A stretch of 64,000 nt of DNA from an uncultured archaeon. Its GTDB lineage: Archaea; Thermoproteota; Nitrososphaeria; Nitrososphaerales; Gagatemarchaeaceae. Shown here piece after piece: positions 22,971 through 34,501 of this stretch. A program made the position numbers and the translations under genes. The notes beneath the pieces are model-generated. The model ran no database searches and had not been told where the DNA came from. It saw only the letters and a program-made list of their open reading frames with translations. Each line of letters opens with the position of its first letter. The stretch's first letter is position 1. The stretch is taken from the NCBI GenBank assembly GCA_963799775.1, contig CAWCYD010000002.1, forward strand, positions 160,001-224,000. Direction: 5' to 3'.

Positions 22971-23062
22971 TGGCTTCTGCCTTTCTCGAGGCCGAGACTC
23001 GTTTAGGCTTTTCCACGCGCCGCGAAGAGATATGACCGGGCTGGGACGAACTCCCACCCTAC

Positions 23063-23746
23063 TTGGCAGGGTTTGCATGGCGGCTGGTTAACGGCTCCGC
23101 TGTCACGGACTTCTCTGACGGGCTCGTCGTGCAGGGCGGGCGTCCGGGGCTCCTCCGCCTCCTGGTGTGCCGAGCCGTAAGGCGAGCCGTCTCTCCCGGC
23201 GCCTTTGGCCTCCTTGGGCCGCTCGCGGCCGCCTGCACTTCCGAAGCGATCAGGAGGGACACGGGGATCATAAGCTGGCTTTACTGGCCGAACCTCGTCA
23301 CGATCGAGGGTCGTGCGGTCGCGAGGGCCTCGCTCTCCCACAAGGTGAGAGGCGTCCAGACGATATTCGACATCTCGGTTGACTGCTTCGCGGGCGAGGC
23401 GCCTGACTTCTCGCGCGGGCTCCGAGGCACCTCAATACGAGACGCCCTCGGGGTCGAGATAGACGTGGCCCTCCTCCGGGACAGGATACTCCACTCCCTG
23501 GACTGGTACTTCGCCGAATGGGAGAGGGGGATGCAGAGGAAGCTGGTCGACAGGATCCAGCCTACCATCTCCTGGCTGGGGGGCCAGGTGGAAGTGCTGA
23601 TGCTGGATGGCCGCCTCCTGCGGGGAACGGCAAAGGGGCTTGACGACGACGGGTCGCTTATGCTGGAGGAGCGCGACGGGAGAGGAGTACAGCACGCCCG
23701 CACCATCCACCCGATAGGCGTGGAGTTCGTCAGGCCGGTCAAATGA
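23063..23746 (+). CDS. Degenerate biotin-protein-ligase-like protein
   Basis: YWPNLV where KWPND is expected; C-terminal [12 protein letters not shown] domain. Confidence 0.65.
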   Translation: MAGFAWRLVNGSAVTDFSDGLVVQGGRPGLLRLLVCRAVRRAVSPGAFGLLGPLAAACTSEAIRRDTGIISWLYWPNLVTIEGRAVARASLSHKVRGVQTIFDISVDCFAGEAPDFSRGLRGTSIRDALGVEIDVALLRDRILHSLDWYFAEWERGMQRKLVDRIQPTISWLGGQVEVLMLDGRLLRGTAKGLDDDGSLMLEERDGRGVQHARTIHPIGVEFVRPVK

Positions 23747-23777
23747 CGAAGCCCTCGTCGCAAGAACGCACACTTTT

Positions 23778-25569
23778 ATGAGGAACCTAGGTGGTGCCAT
23801 CTCCGTCAAGATGCTCTCTGGAGCCAGGGACCAGTACTGGGGAAAGAAGGCGAAAGAGGTCTCAGCGAGGCGGAGGAAGACCGCGTCGCTCTTCGACCGC
23901 ACGGCCCTACGGGACATGAAGGCGGGTTACGAGCGCTGGATGAAGGAGGTCTACTCCCCCTGGGTCGAGCAGTCTCCGCCGCTGAAGGAACGCTATGAGA
24001 CGGCATCCGGCATCCCCCTCAAGCCCATCTACACGCCGGACGACATCGCCTCGCTCCCGCAGTCTGAGCTCGCCATGCCGGGCGTCTTCCCATACACTCG
24101 GGGCGTCTACCCGTCCATGTACCGGGGAAGGCAGTGGACGATGAGGATGTTCTCTGGCTTCGGAACGCCGGAGGACACCAACAAGAGGCTCAAGCTCCTC
24201 CTTGCTCACGGAGAGACCGGACTCAGCGTCGCGTTCGACATGCCGACGCTCTACGGCGTTGACTGCGACTCGCAAAAGGCCCACGGCGAGGTCGGCAGGT
24301 GCGGGGTCAACGTCTCCTCACTGCGCGACATGGAGGCGATATTCGACGGCATCCCTCTGGACAAGGTCAGCACCTCGATGACAATCAACGCGCCCGCCGC
24401 CATCCTCACCGCGATGTACGCGGGAGTGGCGAAGGAGAGGGGGATTCCCCTCCAGTCCCTCAAGGGCACGGTGCAGGCAGACATGCTGAAGGAGTTTATC
24501 GCTCAGAAGGAGTGGGTCTACCCGCCCGAGGCGCACCTGAGGATAGTCAGGGACATGATGCTCTACTGCACGAAGCACATGCCGCAGTGGAACTACGTCA
24601 GCATCAGCGGATACCACATCCGGGAGGCAGGCTCCAGCGCCGTCCAGGAGCTGGCGTTCACCCTCGCGGACGGCTTCGGCCACGTGGAGCTAGGCATCGA
24701 GGCTGGGCTCAAGGTCGACGACTTCGCCCCTCGCCTGAGCTTCTTCTTCAACTCCACCATGGACTTCTTCGAGGAGATCGCAAAGTTCCGAGCCGCTAGG
24801 CGGATCTGGGCGACAGTCCTCCGCGAGAAGTACGGCGCGACGAAGGCTCGCAGCCTCCTGATGAGGTTCCACACCCAGACCTCGGGCGCCTCCCTCACGT
24901 GGCAGCAGCCCTACAACAACATCGTTCGGACGGCCCTCGAGGCGCTCGCCGCAGTCCTCGGCGGGGCCCAGTCCCTCCACACGAACTCCTACGACGAGGC
25001 CATGGCCCTCCCCACCGAGCACGCGGTGCAGGTAGCGCTCAGGATCCAGCAGATAATCGCCGAGGAGACGGGAGTGACTAGCGTGATGGACCCCCTCGGT
25101 GGCGCCTATTACGTCGAGTACCTGACCGAGAGGCTTGAGGAGGAGGCCTACCGCTACTTCGACAGGATAGAGCGCGCCGGCGGGATACTCGGAGCGATAA
25201 AGTCCGGATACCTCCAGCGCGAGATTGCTGAGAACTCTTACCGGCTCTCGAAGAGGGTCGAGACCGGGGAGGACGCGGTCGTCGGGGTCAACAAGTACAC
25301 ATCGAAAGACGAGGCGCAGATCACCACGCTGAAGATAGACTTCAAGGCCCAGCGCAAGCAGATTGAGCGGATCCGGCGGGTCAAGACCCAGCGCGACAAC
25401 CGCAAAGTGGGGGGCCCTGCTCGAGAAACTGCAAAGGGCCTACGAAGACCCCAACGCGAACTCCATGTATCCTCTGATTGATGCTGTCTCGGCATACGCG
25501 ACCCTCGGCGAGATCATCAACGTGGGGAAGGTCGTTTTTGGCTCGTGGAAAGAGCCAGTCCTGGTCTAG
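23778..25569 (+). CDS. Methylmalonyl-CoA mutase family, large subunit (frameshift near 25410)
   Basis: [47 protein letters not shown]. Confidence 0.93.
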
Positions 25570-25574
25570 GCGAG

Positions 25575-26162
25575 TCAGAACCCAAAGTCCGCAAAAAGCT
25601 TGCGGTGGTAGTTGTACAAGACCAGCTCGGGCCTCTCCTTGATCTTGACGATGGAGAGCGCCGCAGAATCCGGATGGATGACGTAGTATCTCTCGGTCTT
25701 GACTCTTCTCTCGACCACTCCCTCGAGCATGGCCGTTATCACGTCGCCGTGAGAGACCAGTATCACGTTCCCCCCGGCCTCCTTCCTGATGATCTCGACG
25801 GCCCTCGCGGTCCGGTCGAGGAGGTCTTCATTCGTCTCCGAGAAGGCCGCCGGGGTGGTCAGTATGTGGTGTCGCCCCTTCTTGCCAATGAATCTTGGCT
25901 TCAGTTTAGCCTCGGTCAACTCCTCTAGAATCCTCACCTTCAGCTTGTGCGGCTTGGCCAGAATCTTTGCCGTCTCGACCGCGCGAAACACAGGGCTGCT
26001 GTAGACCGCGTCGACCTTTGGCTTCGAGAGGGTCTTCGCTATGAATGCTGCGTCTTTCAGGCCTTTCTTGTTGAGTGGAAAGGCAAGCGGACCGGCGTCT
26101 ATCCCTTTCTCGTTGGCCTTGGTGTCCCCGTGCCTGACTATGAAGAGGTAGTCTACGGCCAT
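25575..26162 (-). CDS. Histidine phosphatase family protein
   Basis: VRHGDT, SSPVFRA, VSHGD. Confidence 0.88.
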   Translation of the reverse strand: MAVDYLFIVRHGDTKANEKGIDAGPLAFPLNKKGLKDAAFIAKTLSKPKVDAVYSSPVFRAVETAKILAKPHKLKVRILEELTEAKLKPRFIGKKGRHHILTTPAAFSETNEDLLDRTARAVEIIRKEAGGNVILVSHGDVITAMLEGVVERRVKTERYYVIHPDSAALSIVKIKERPELVLYNYHRKLFADFGF

Positions 26163-26457
26163 CGGCCCCCGTCACGTTGTCTTGTTATTTGAATTGAGCA
26201 TCGTCAGAGCAGCGCGTGCTCGTTCGTCATGTCAAGGTGCGCGTGCGAGCAATGCCTCTCCAGCTCCTCGTAAGAATCGAAAGCTTCGGGGCATGACATA
26301 CAGCCATATTCTTGTGCTGCCATTGTATTTGCGCCGATTCGACCTCGTGACGGATTAAGTCCGTGACGCTAAACTCCCAAGTAACTTTCTTCCAGACCGT
26401 TCGCCCCCGCGATATGGAAACAAGTTTTTCTAATGGGCACCGTTGCTTCATCCAGCG

Positions 26458-26931
26458 ATGAACCAGCATGCCACCAACGAGAAGAGGAAGATACGGATAC
26501 TAGTGGCAAAGCCGGGCCTGGACGGTCACGACAGGGGCGTCCTCGTGCTCGCGAGGGCCTTCAGGGACGCTGGGATGGAAGTGATCTACATCGGGCTGCT
26601 ACCGAGCCCTGAGGAGGTCGCGAGGATGGCCGTCGACGAGGACGTCGACGTGGTCGCCCTCTCGCTCTTGAACGGCGCTCACATGACGGCCTTCCCCCAG
26701 GTGAAGAGGCTCCTCGACAAGTACGGAGGCAAGGACATCATCGTCACAGGGGGCGGCATCATTCCCGACGAGGACAAGCCGAGGCTCCTCAAGATGGGGA
26801 TCTCGGGCCTCTACGGCCCAGGCACCTCCCTCGAGGAGATAATCTCGCACATCAAGGAGCGGGTTAGGAAAGAACGCTGGGGCCCGCAGCAAGTCTCCGT
26901 CCAACCCTCTAGGACACGGTCCAAGAGCTAG
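26458..26931 (+). CDS. Methylmalonyl-CoA mutase B12-binding small subunit
   Basis: KPGLDGHDRG, SLLNGAH, GGGIIP. Confidence 0.93.
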   Translation: MNQHATNEKRKIRILVAKPGLDGHDRGVLVLARAFRDAGMEVIYIGLLPSPEEVARMAVDEDVDVVALSLLNGAHMTAFPQVKRLLDKYGGKDIIVTGGGIIPDEDKPRLLKMGISGLYGPGTSLEEIISHIKERVRKERWGPQQVSVQPSRTRSKS

Positions 26932-26964
26932 GCGGCCAGAGTCCTTCGGGAAGGCTGTCACCAA

Positions 26965-28471
26965 GTGTCAAGAAATTCTAGAAAGCGGAGAATCCGCATG
27001 CTCGGAGTCCTGCTCGTCGTCATCCTCGCCTCGGTCACCGTCGTCTACGTCTACCAGCAGCAGAACCCCCCGCCCAACTGCACCTCCCCTCTCGGTAACT
27101 CAAAGATACTCAGGACGACCCTCCCGGCGCCCACCGTCATAGGCGGGATCACGGAGTTCTCCCTCCCCGGTCCGCTTAGGAACCCGAACGCACCCGTGGT
27201 CGCCCCCGACGGCTCGGTGTGGTTCGGCGAGCAGGCCGTGGCAGGCATCGCGCACTTCTACCCGGGCAACATGGACCTTGGTGGAATACGCCTGGCCGTT
27301 CGACTACGCTACTCCGCCAAACACCGGCGGGGTCTGCGGTAACAAGAGCGACATCTGGGGGATAGCTCTCTGGGACGGCAAGGTCTGGGCGAGCGACACG
27401 ACAGGCAACCAGCTGGTGGGGCTGGACCCTTCGACGGGCCAGTTCTCCACGCTGAAGCTCGCGACGAGCAGCTCTTACCCCTACACGATGACGCCCGGCC
27501 CCAACAACACGCTCTGGTTCCCAGAACTCTTCAGCTCGAAGCTCGGGGAAGTGAGCTCTAACGGGACGCTCCACGAGTACTCCCTACCCGGAGGCCTAAA
27601 CGCCGCCCCGACGCAGGTCGTCTTCGCCAACTCCACGACAGGCTTCTATGACGACGTGGGGGAAGCCGGAGCGGCAAACGGCGGGATATACGAGTTCAAC
27701 GTAGACCACTTCGCCCCCGTCCTAGTGGGCGGCAAGGTCCTCAACGAGCCCTCCAGCATCACGCTGACGGGAGACTCGATGTGGGTCGCGCTCCACGGGT
27801 CATCCAGCGTGGGCAGCTACAACTTCACGACCAAGAGCTGGTCTTTCTACCCTACATCGTATGTCACATGGGACGGGAGCGCCGTGACCACGCTGCCCTA
27901 CTTCGTGAAGGCCAACGGCTCCGACATCTGGGTCAACGAGCACTACGGGAACAGAATGGCGCTGATCGACCCCTCGACTGGGTCTCTGGTCGAGTACTCG
28001 GAATCTAGTCACCCCGTGACGGGGAGCACGATCGTGAGCGCCCTGACCTTCGCCTTGGGCGACGGCAAGGCCTGGTTCACGATGTGGGCAGCCAACGGGC
28101 TCGGCTACGCGGACCCTACGTACTCCCCTGGCTTTTACACGTCCATCTCAGGGAACAACGCGGTGACGGTCATCCCCGGCTCTACCACGTCGACGACGCT
28201 CGTGGTCCACGACACCACCCACCAGGGAGCCCTGAACCTCACCTTCTCTGATTCGGAGGCGCTCGACTCCAAGCCTTCCAACCTCACGTTCAGCGTCCCG
28301 TCGGCCTCCGTGTCCCCACCGGCGGGAGGGCAATCCACGGTCAGCGTCTCCGTGACCGCCTCCGCCTCGCTGCAGCCAGGGACATACTGGGCGATCCTGA
28401 CGGCGACCGACGGCCTCACCTACGAGTCCTCTTTCCTCGAAATCGTCGTGACCTTGCCCACGGGCCCATGA
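26965..28471 (+). CDS. Membrane-anchored Vgb-lyase-like beta-propeller with C-terminal Ig-like domain (frameshift near 27275)
   Basis: N-terminal TM; repeats APDGSVWF, GPNNTLWF, EYSLP. Confidence 0.8.
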
Positions 28472-28539
28472 GGTGACGCCTCCCCATTACGTGCAGAACC
28501 CGAAGGTGTATAACCCCGCACTTTTTCCGAGTTCTCGTT

Positions 28540-31439
28540 TTGCAAGAAGGCCCCCCAGTGGTGGGCGAAGACGAGCCCAGGTATCCGGTCTCATTCGGCC
28601 CCAGGGTTGTCTGGCTCCTCATCGCGCTGCTTGTGATAGTCGTGGGGCTCTTCGCAGCATGGACATACCTCACCTGGTCTATAGCCCAGCACGTCTACTC
28701 GACAAAGGCAGACCTGAGCTGGTTCGGCATCACGTTCTACCACGGCTACACGTTCCTCGTGGGCGGGCTCCTAGCGCTGCTCGTCGTGAACCCCAAGGTG
28801 GGGAAGAGCGACGTGGCCTCGCTGGTCACGCTGATGTCGCGGATGAACCTCCCAATACGGGGACGAGTTCCAGCGCCCCATCGCCCAGCTCAAGCCGGGG
28901 GTCTGGGTCTGGGGCCTCTGGCAGTTCGTGAAGTGGGCCCTGCTCTTCGGCTTCTTCGTGGTCAACGGGAGCTTCCCGACGCTCGGCCCTGTGATGAATT
29001 CCGTCGCGATGCTCACCCAGGGGATAGGCAGCTGGGCCCAGGTGCCCGCTGCTCCTTCTCCCTCTGCTTCCGGCGTCAGGCAACGAGCTGATCCAGCTGA
29101 TGCCCACAATGGAGGTGCAGTACTTCGTCTTCTACTACGTTGTCTCGGCGATCCTGACCGTCTTCGTCCTGAGGATGGTCCTGCGGCTCCTCAAGAACCT
29201 GACGACGCGGGGCAGCAACATCTGGACTAGGAACATCCTCGCGGTAGTGGCTGCGGTCTCGCTCGCGGTATTGCTCGGAGGGCCGTACTGGTACATGACC
29301 GCAGCGACCCCCTACGTCTACGGACTAGGGCTGGTCGTCCTCGCCTCGGTCCTGTTCGGCTACTCCTACTTCGGGAAGAGGAGAGAGTCGCTCTTCCCAA
29401 ACCGCGGCCTCTACAGGCTGGGGGCGATAGCCCTCGTGGTCCTCCTCGTGATTCAAGCCGGGTCGCTGGCCTTTCTCTACCTGAACTGGAACAACAACTA
29501 CGTTCCGTACCAGTTCGACCCCGGAGTTCAGAAGCAGATCACGGTGACCAGGTGGTCCGCAGGGATCGGGAACATCACGCAGGGGAGCGTCACGAACCTC
29601 CCGACGAGCAACTCCACCACCATCCTCAACGTCGTCAGGCAGTGGGACCAGACGGCCGCCAACGTCACCAACACCAAGGCGATAGGGGCCTACAACTGGA
29701 TGGCCCTCGGGAGTTCCGAGATAGTCTACCTCAACAACACAGAGTACTGGGTCTCCCCGACCACGGTCAAGTACCCGGCAAGCGACTGGATCAGCGAGCA
29801 CCTGATCTACACCCACGCCTCCAAGATCCTCCTGATCAACACCTTCAACGGCTCCGAGATCCCTGTGACCAAGGCCTACGGGGTCCCCTCGGAGCCTCCG
29901 ATCTACTATGGCGAGGGTTCCGGGTTTCTGAACGACGTGTACGTCCGCGTTCCCGGATACAGTGAGATAGGCAACGCCAACTACACGGGCGCTCCGGACT
30001 ACCAGTTGTCGGGCTGGCAGAAGGCCATGTGGATGACGTTCTCCGAGGGACAGATCGGTTTCGCCTTCAACGGGAACAACATGCAGATGCTCTGGAACAG
30101 GAACATCTTCAACAGGGTCCAGTCTGTCTTGATCCCGGGCCTCGTCGACGGCCCCGCGGCCTACCTCGCCTCGGACGGAAAGAACGTCTACTACGTCGTC
30201 CAGGTATACATCGAGTACCCGCTCCAATCAGGGTTCTCCGCGAGCCCCTACCTCCGGTTCTTCGGGGTTGCGCTTGTCAACGTGGCGGACGGGAGCATGA
30301 ACTTTTACAACGTCTCGAACCTCGTGGGCACGCAGCCCTCGGACTTTATCACCCAGTTCTACTCCACGTATTACAGCGCCTGGCAGAGCCCGCCCTCTTG
30401 GCTGATACCCCAGCTCAGATACCCAGAGCAGCTTCTCGGCACGCAGACCAACCCCGGGCAGCTCGACGTCGACTTCCAGTTCCACGTGAGCGACCCCTTC
30501 ATCTGGCGCTCAGGCTCCCAGTTCTACCAGAGGCCGACGACGAACTCCTCGAGCGGAGAGATCCAATCGGTCGGTGTCCAGTACATCCCGTGGGCCGTGG
30601 GCAACAAGACATACTTCGCCGCCACCCAGCTGGTCCACTACCTCAACGCCCCCAGCCAGAACCTGGCCGGGATGTATATCGCATACGGGGGAGACAGGCT
30701 CGGACAGATCTACGTCTACCAAAACCCGTCGAGCTCGACCACGATCATCGGCCCTTCGGCCGCCCAGAACGCGCTCACGACGAACCAGCAGGTAAGGACC
30801 GAGCTCACCCTCCTGCCCAACTATCGGTTCGGCTCATACCTCCTCTACTCTGTGGGAGGAGTGCTCACGTATTTCGTGGCCGTCTACACCAACCCCGGGA
30901 GCTCCGGAGTGGTCACCCAGCTTCCGTTCATGACCGCTGTCAACCCAATCACCGACCAGGTCGCCGTGGGCGCCAACGCGACGGCGGCCTACAAGAACCT
31001 GCTAGCGCTCGAGGGTGGCGCGCCGCCTCCCAACAGCGGAGCGGGGACGATCGGCACAACCGGGTCCACCTCGACGACCACGAGCACCACTAACTCGGTG
31101 ACCACCGGGACGTCGATCACTCTGAGCGGTTCACCTCTAAGCGGAAACCAGGCGCTCATATCCGGAATTGCCAGCCTCGCGGCTGCGGCGAATCTAAGCG
31201 TCGTGAACGCGACCACGGTCAGTCCAAACGTCTTCCTCAGGACGGCGACTGTGTCGGTTGCCAGCTCGGGCGTGAACGGAGCCCTCTCGCAGGTTAACAG
31301 CCTGATCCAGAGTCACGGGCCGGGGAGCGCCGGGGCCTCGCTCTACGTGTGGACGGACAGCGCAGGAGCCTTGAACGTGGGGATATTCCAGTTGAAGGGC
31401 GGCGTGACCGACCTCTACTACGTCAGCATAACGCAATAG
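28540..31439 (+). CDS. UPF0182-family membrane protein (frameshifts near 28860 and 29050)
   Basis: Multi-TM N-terminus; RQWD, HLIYTH, PIYYGE, LRYPEQL, IGPS. Confidence 0.8.
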
Positions 31440-31479
31440 ACTCCGGATCTTCTGAGTTTGCCCCGACGGCCCTCGGTGT

Positions 31480-31794
31480 TCACCGGCTTGCTATGACGAG
31501 GACCGCTGTCGCAAGTATCACGAGGACCGCTAGGACGACGAACCTCAGTATCCCGTTCCTCTCCCAGATCACAATAGTGGCGTTCAACTGAGAGAAAGCA
31601 TTTGGTGAGTTGAGCATCATAGCCAGTTGTAGGGCCTCCTCGTAGACGAACTTCCCGCCGTCGACCTTGACCATCCCGTCCGGAGAGAGAGCGAACTTGT
31701 GACCCTTTATCGCAAGCGGGAACCGCGACCCCGTCCTGAACCACATCTGGAACTGCTCTTTTGCGCTCACGAGACGAGGCTCATCGCCCCTCAT
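31480..31794 (-). CDS. Hypothetical protein with C-terminal TM
   Basis: ORF ending in a hydrophobic helix. Confidence 0.6.
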   Translation of the reverse strand: MRGDEPRLVSAKEQFQMWFRTGSRFPLAIKGHKFALSPDGMVKVDGGKFVYEEALQLAMMLNSPNAFSQLNATIVIWERNGILRFVVLAVLVILATAVLVIASR

Positions 31795-32211
31795 CAAATA
31801 CTTTTTTGCAGAGTCTTCCTGCCCGGATCTCGGCTCAAAACCCGGCGTTCTGCGGGCTGAGCTGATTGCGGTTCTTTCTGGCGGCGATTCTCTAGAGATT
31901 TGGGAATAATCTCGGAAATCCACTATATAGTCAAACAGCCTCAATGAGATTCCAGGTCAGAAAGAGATGTCACGCGTCAATACGGCGGTGCGCCTGGACG
32001 GGAATGCGCCGGAGAACCTTTCGACCAGGCTTTTCGAATCGGTGCAGAGTTTGGCTGGCTTCTTCCAGGTCGCCCTGGAGAGCCTCGGAGGGGTCTCAGC
32101 GCTGCTGGCGGCATCCAGCGTCGTAGCGAGCCTGGCAGTCTCCTTCTTCTCGGGTCGGATCGTGTCCGAGAGCCTCCCGGCAAGGAAAGTCTCGAAGGAG
32201 GCAAGGTCTGC

Positions 32212-32412
32212 TTGAGCCACCACCGACAGCGCCAACAGACGCAGCAGAGATGCACCATATGCACGCTGTTCCAGAGCATGGCCCGAGGCCAGTATCGTTC
32301 TTCCTATGACAGGGAGATGTATCTCCACCACCTCCAGATTGTCCACGGCGTCCGAATCACCGAGGAGCAAGGAAGGGAGGCCCCGCTCAAAGGAGGCCTC
32401 CTCCGAGAATGA
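32212..32412 (+). CDS. Small C2H2-type zinc-binding protein
   Basis: CTIC..DREMYLHHLQIVHG; stop overlaps the next ATG. Confidence 0.6.
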   Translation: MSHHRQRQQTQQRCTICTLFQSMARGQYRSSYDREMYLHHLQIVHGVRITEEQGREAPLKGGLLRE

Positions 32413-33140
32413 GCGCCAGGCTCGACGCCCTGCCCTGGGAGATGCCGGGCCGGTCGTTCGACGGCCGCGGGAGCCTTGACCTGGGATGGCGCGAGGCCTT
32501 CATCGGCAACGCCACCAAGCACGACCGGAAGCTCGCAGCAGGGCCGAAGTCGGGCCTGACACGCAGGGGTGTCATCTACGAGTACATCAGGGGCCATCCG
32601 GGCGCCCACGTGAGGGGTCTCGCAAAAGACCTGCACCTGGCGACGGGGGACCTGCAATACCACCTCCTCTGGCTGGAGAGGCACGGCTTCGTCAAGACGC
32701 GGAAGAGCGGCTTCTACAGGTTCGTCTTCCCGACGATGCTCTTCAAGGATGAAGAGGAGCTGGTCCTCGGAGTCCTCGGCCAGGAGACCCCTCGGGAGAT
32801 ACTCCTCTGCCTCATCGCCGACGATGGGATGACACAGGGAGAGCTCGCCAAGACCCTTGGACACTCGCAGCCGACCATCGCCTGGCACCTGGACAGGCTG
32901 TCCAAGCTGGGGGTGGTGGCGAAGAGGCGGGAGCGCATGGGACTTGCCTACAGCGTCGCCGCCGACAAGGATGTCGCTCCTCAAGTTCGTGAAGAGCTAC
33001 CACCAGGACGTGTGGAGGCGATGGTCCGGCAGGCTCTCAAAGATGGTCGTGAGCGTAGAGGTGAACGCGGCCGAAAAGATGAAGGGTGGCTCGCGCGGTC
33101 TCGCGGGTTGATATCCTCTCCGGAATTGGTAGGATCTTGA
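32409..33140 (+). CDS. Tandem winged-helix regulator (frameshift near 32978)
   Basis: IYEYIRGHPG..LQYHL and TQGELAKTLGHSQPTIAWHL. Confidence 0.85.
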   Translation: MSARLDALPWEMPGRSFDGRGSLDLGWREAFIGNATKHDRKLAAGPKSGLTRRGVIYEYIRGHPGAHVRGLAKDLHLATGDLQYHLLWLERHGFVKTRKSGFYRFVFPTMLFKDEEELVLGVLGQETPREILLCLIADDGMTQGELAKTLGHSQPTIAWHLDRLSKLGVVAKRRERMGLAYSVAADKDVAPQVREELPPGRVEAMVRQALKDGRERRGERGRKDEGWLARSRGLISSPELVGS

Positions 33141-33160
33141 TTGCGAAGCTCTAGCAGAAG

Positions 33161-33523
33161 TTGCCCCTTTCTCCTCCCAAGCAAGAAATAATATCGCTCT
33201 CGGCGAGGGACGCGTTCGTAGCCACGTTGGACTCCTTCGAGCGGCTTCTCTGGTGGCTCTTTGCTGGGAGCGCAGGCGCGCGTACCCGCGCGCTCGTCCT
33301 CTTCAGCATAAGGGACCAGCCGAAGAACGCGCAGCAACTCTCGCAGTCGCTGCACCTGGACTACACCACTGTGAGGCACCACCTGAGGGTCCTCGAGATG
33401 AACAAGGTGATCCTAGCCGAGGGCGACAAGTACGGCAGGGTCTACTTCGTCTCTGAGGTCATGGAGTCTCACTGGGGGACGCTCGAAGGGATCCTGAAAC
33501 GGGCTCACGTAAAGAAGGGATGA
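33161..33523 (+). CDS. ArsR-like winged-helix regulator
   Basis: LWWLFAGSAG, NAQQLS..LDYTTVRHHL. Confidence 0.85.
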   Translation: MPLSPPKQEIISLSARDAFVATLDSFERLLWWLFAGSAGARTRALVLFSIRDQPKNAQQLSQSLHLDYTTVRHHLRVLEMNKVILAEGDKYGRVYFVSEVMESHWGTLEGILKRAHVKKG

Positions 33524-33529
33524 CACAAA

Positions 33530-33994
33530 TTGGAAACAAACAACAATAGCGGATACAATCAACCTGCCACCGGACCCAAGTCCGTGGTAGGAAAGCTCTG
33601 GGTAGTGGTGGTGCTGCTGGTGGGTCTGATCGCGGGGATCCTCATCTCGGACCTGGCGACCCTCCCCGAAATAGAGAGGCCTCGATTCTTCCAGCCCGTC
33701 CCCGTCTTCAACCCCGACCCGAGCATCAGGCTCCACATTGTCGTGACGACCATCGAGGTCGCCCTCCTCGTCTCGCTCGTCCTCGTCTACATCAAGGTCT
33801 ACTCCGAGACGCGGGCAAACTTCGCGCTGGGGCTCGTGGTGGTCTTGAGCGCGCTCTTCCTCCAGACCCTCTTCTCCTATCCGCTCCTGTTGGGGACGAG
33901 GGGGGTTATCTTCGTCCCTGGGACGCTGACACTCCTCGCGGACTTCCTCACCTTGGGTGCGTATGCCGTCTTCCTCTACCTGAGCTTGGAGTAG
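33530..33994 (+). CDS. Four-TM membrane protein
   Basis: Hydrophobic helices; downstream of the regulator. Confidence 0.75.
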   Translation: METNNNSGYNQPATGPKSVVGKLWVVVVLLVGLIAGILISDLATLPEIERPRFFQPVPVFNPDPSIRLHIVVTTIEVALLVSLVLVYIKVYSETRANFALGLVVVLSALFLQTLFSYPLLLGTRGVIFVPGTLTLLADFLTLGAYAVFLYLSLE

Positions 33995-34131
33995 GGATCG
34001 CCTCATCTGGACCAACCCCACAGACCGAGGAGGTCACGGACTCTCGGTCGCCTTGCATTCTGGCGGCGGTTGCTGACCTTGCCTGATTCGGGCTAGAGCG
34101 GGGGAACCGCGCACAATCTGAGGAGTGTAGG

Positions 34132-34239
34132 CGCCCTGGGCGGGATATTCGTCGAGATTATCGATTTCGAACCCGCGTCACCGCCGTGACAGGGCGGCAT
34201 ACTGGGCCATTGTACGGATAGCCTCTATACGACCAGGGC
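34132..34239 (-). tRNA. tRNA-Asp(GUC) with two non-canonical introns (15/16 at 34210-34224; 59/60 at 34146-34165)
   Basis: Removing both introns gives a 73-nt cloverleaf: GCCCTGG/CCAGGGC-G acceptor, CCGCC-CTGTCAC-GGCGG anticodon arm, GCGGG-TTCGAAT-CCCGC T arm; both introns fold as BHB motifs. Confidence 0.95.
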
Positions 34240-34265
34240 AGCCGAAGCCCCCACAATCTGAGTCG

Positions 34266-34273
34266 ATATTAAA
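34266..34273 (-). promoter_or_regulatory. TATA box of tRNA-Asp
   Basis: TTTAATAT on the minus strand, 27 nt upstream of the tRNA 5' end. Confidence 0.6.
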
Positions 34274-34501
34274 CCTACACGCGAATTTCGATGGTCCCTT
34301 TCTTGGCGCCGCGATAGCTGGTGTTACGTCTTTCAAGTGAGAGGTGTTATCCAAGTGCGGCCTTCTTTCCACTTCGCACTCACCCTTACCTTCGACGCAG
34401 TTTGTTATGGGTCTTCCTAAGACGATCCTATCATGGCTCTACTTCCATCCAGCTCCCGAATTTGAAATTCTGATGTTGGACTCCGAGTTCATAAGCAATA
34501 A

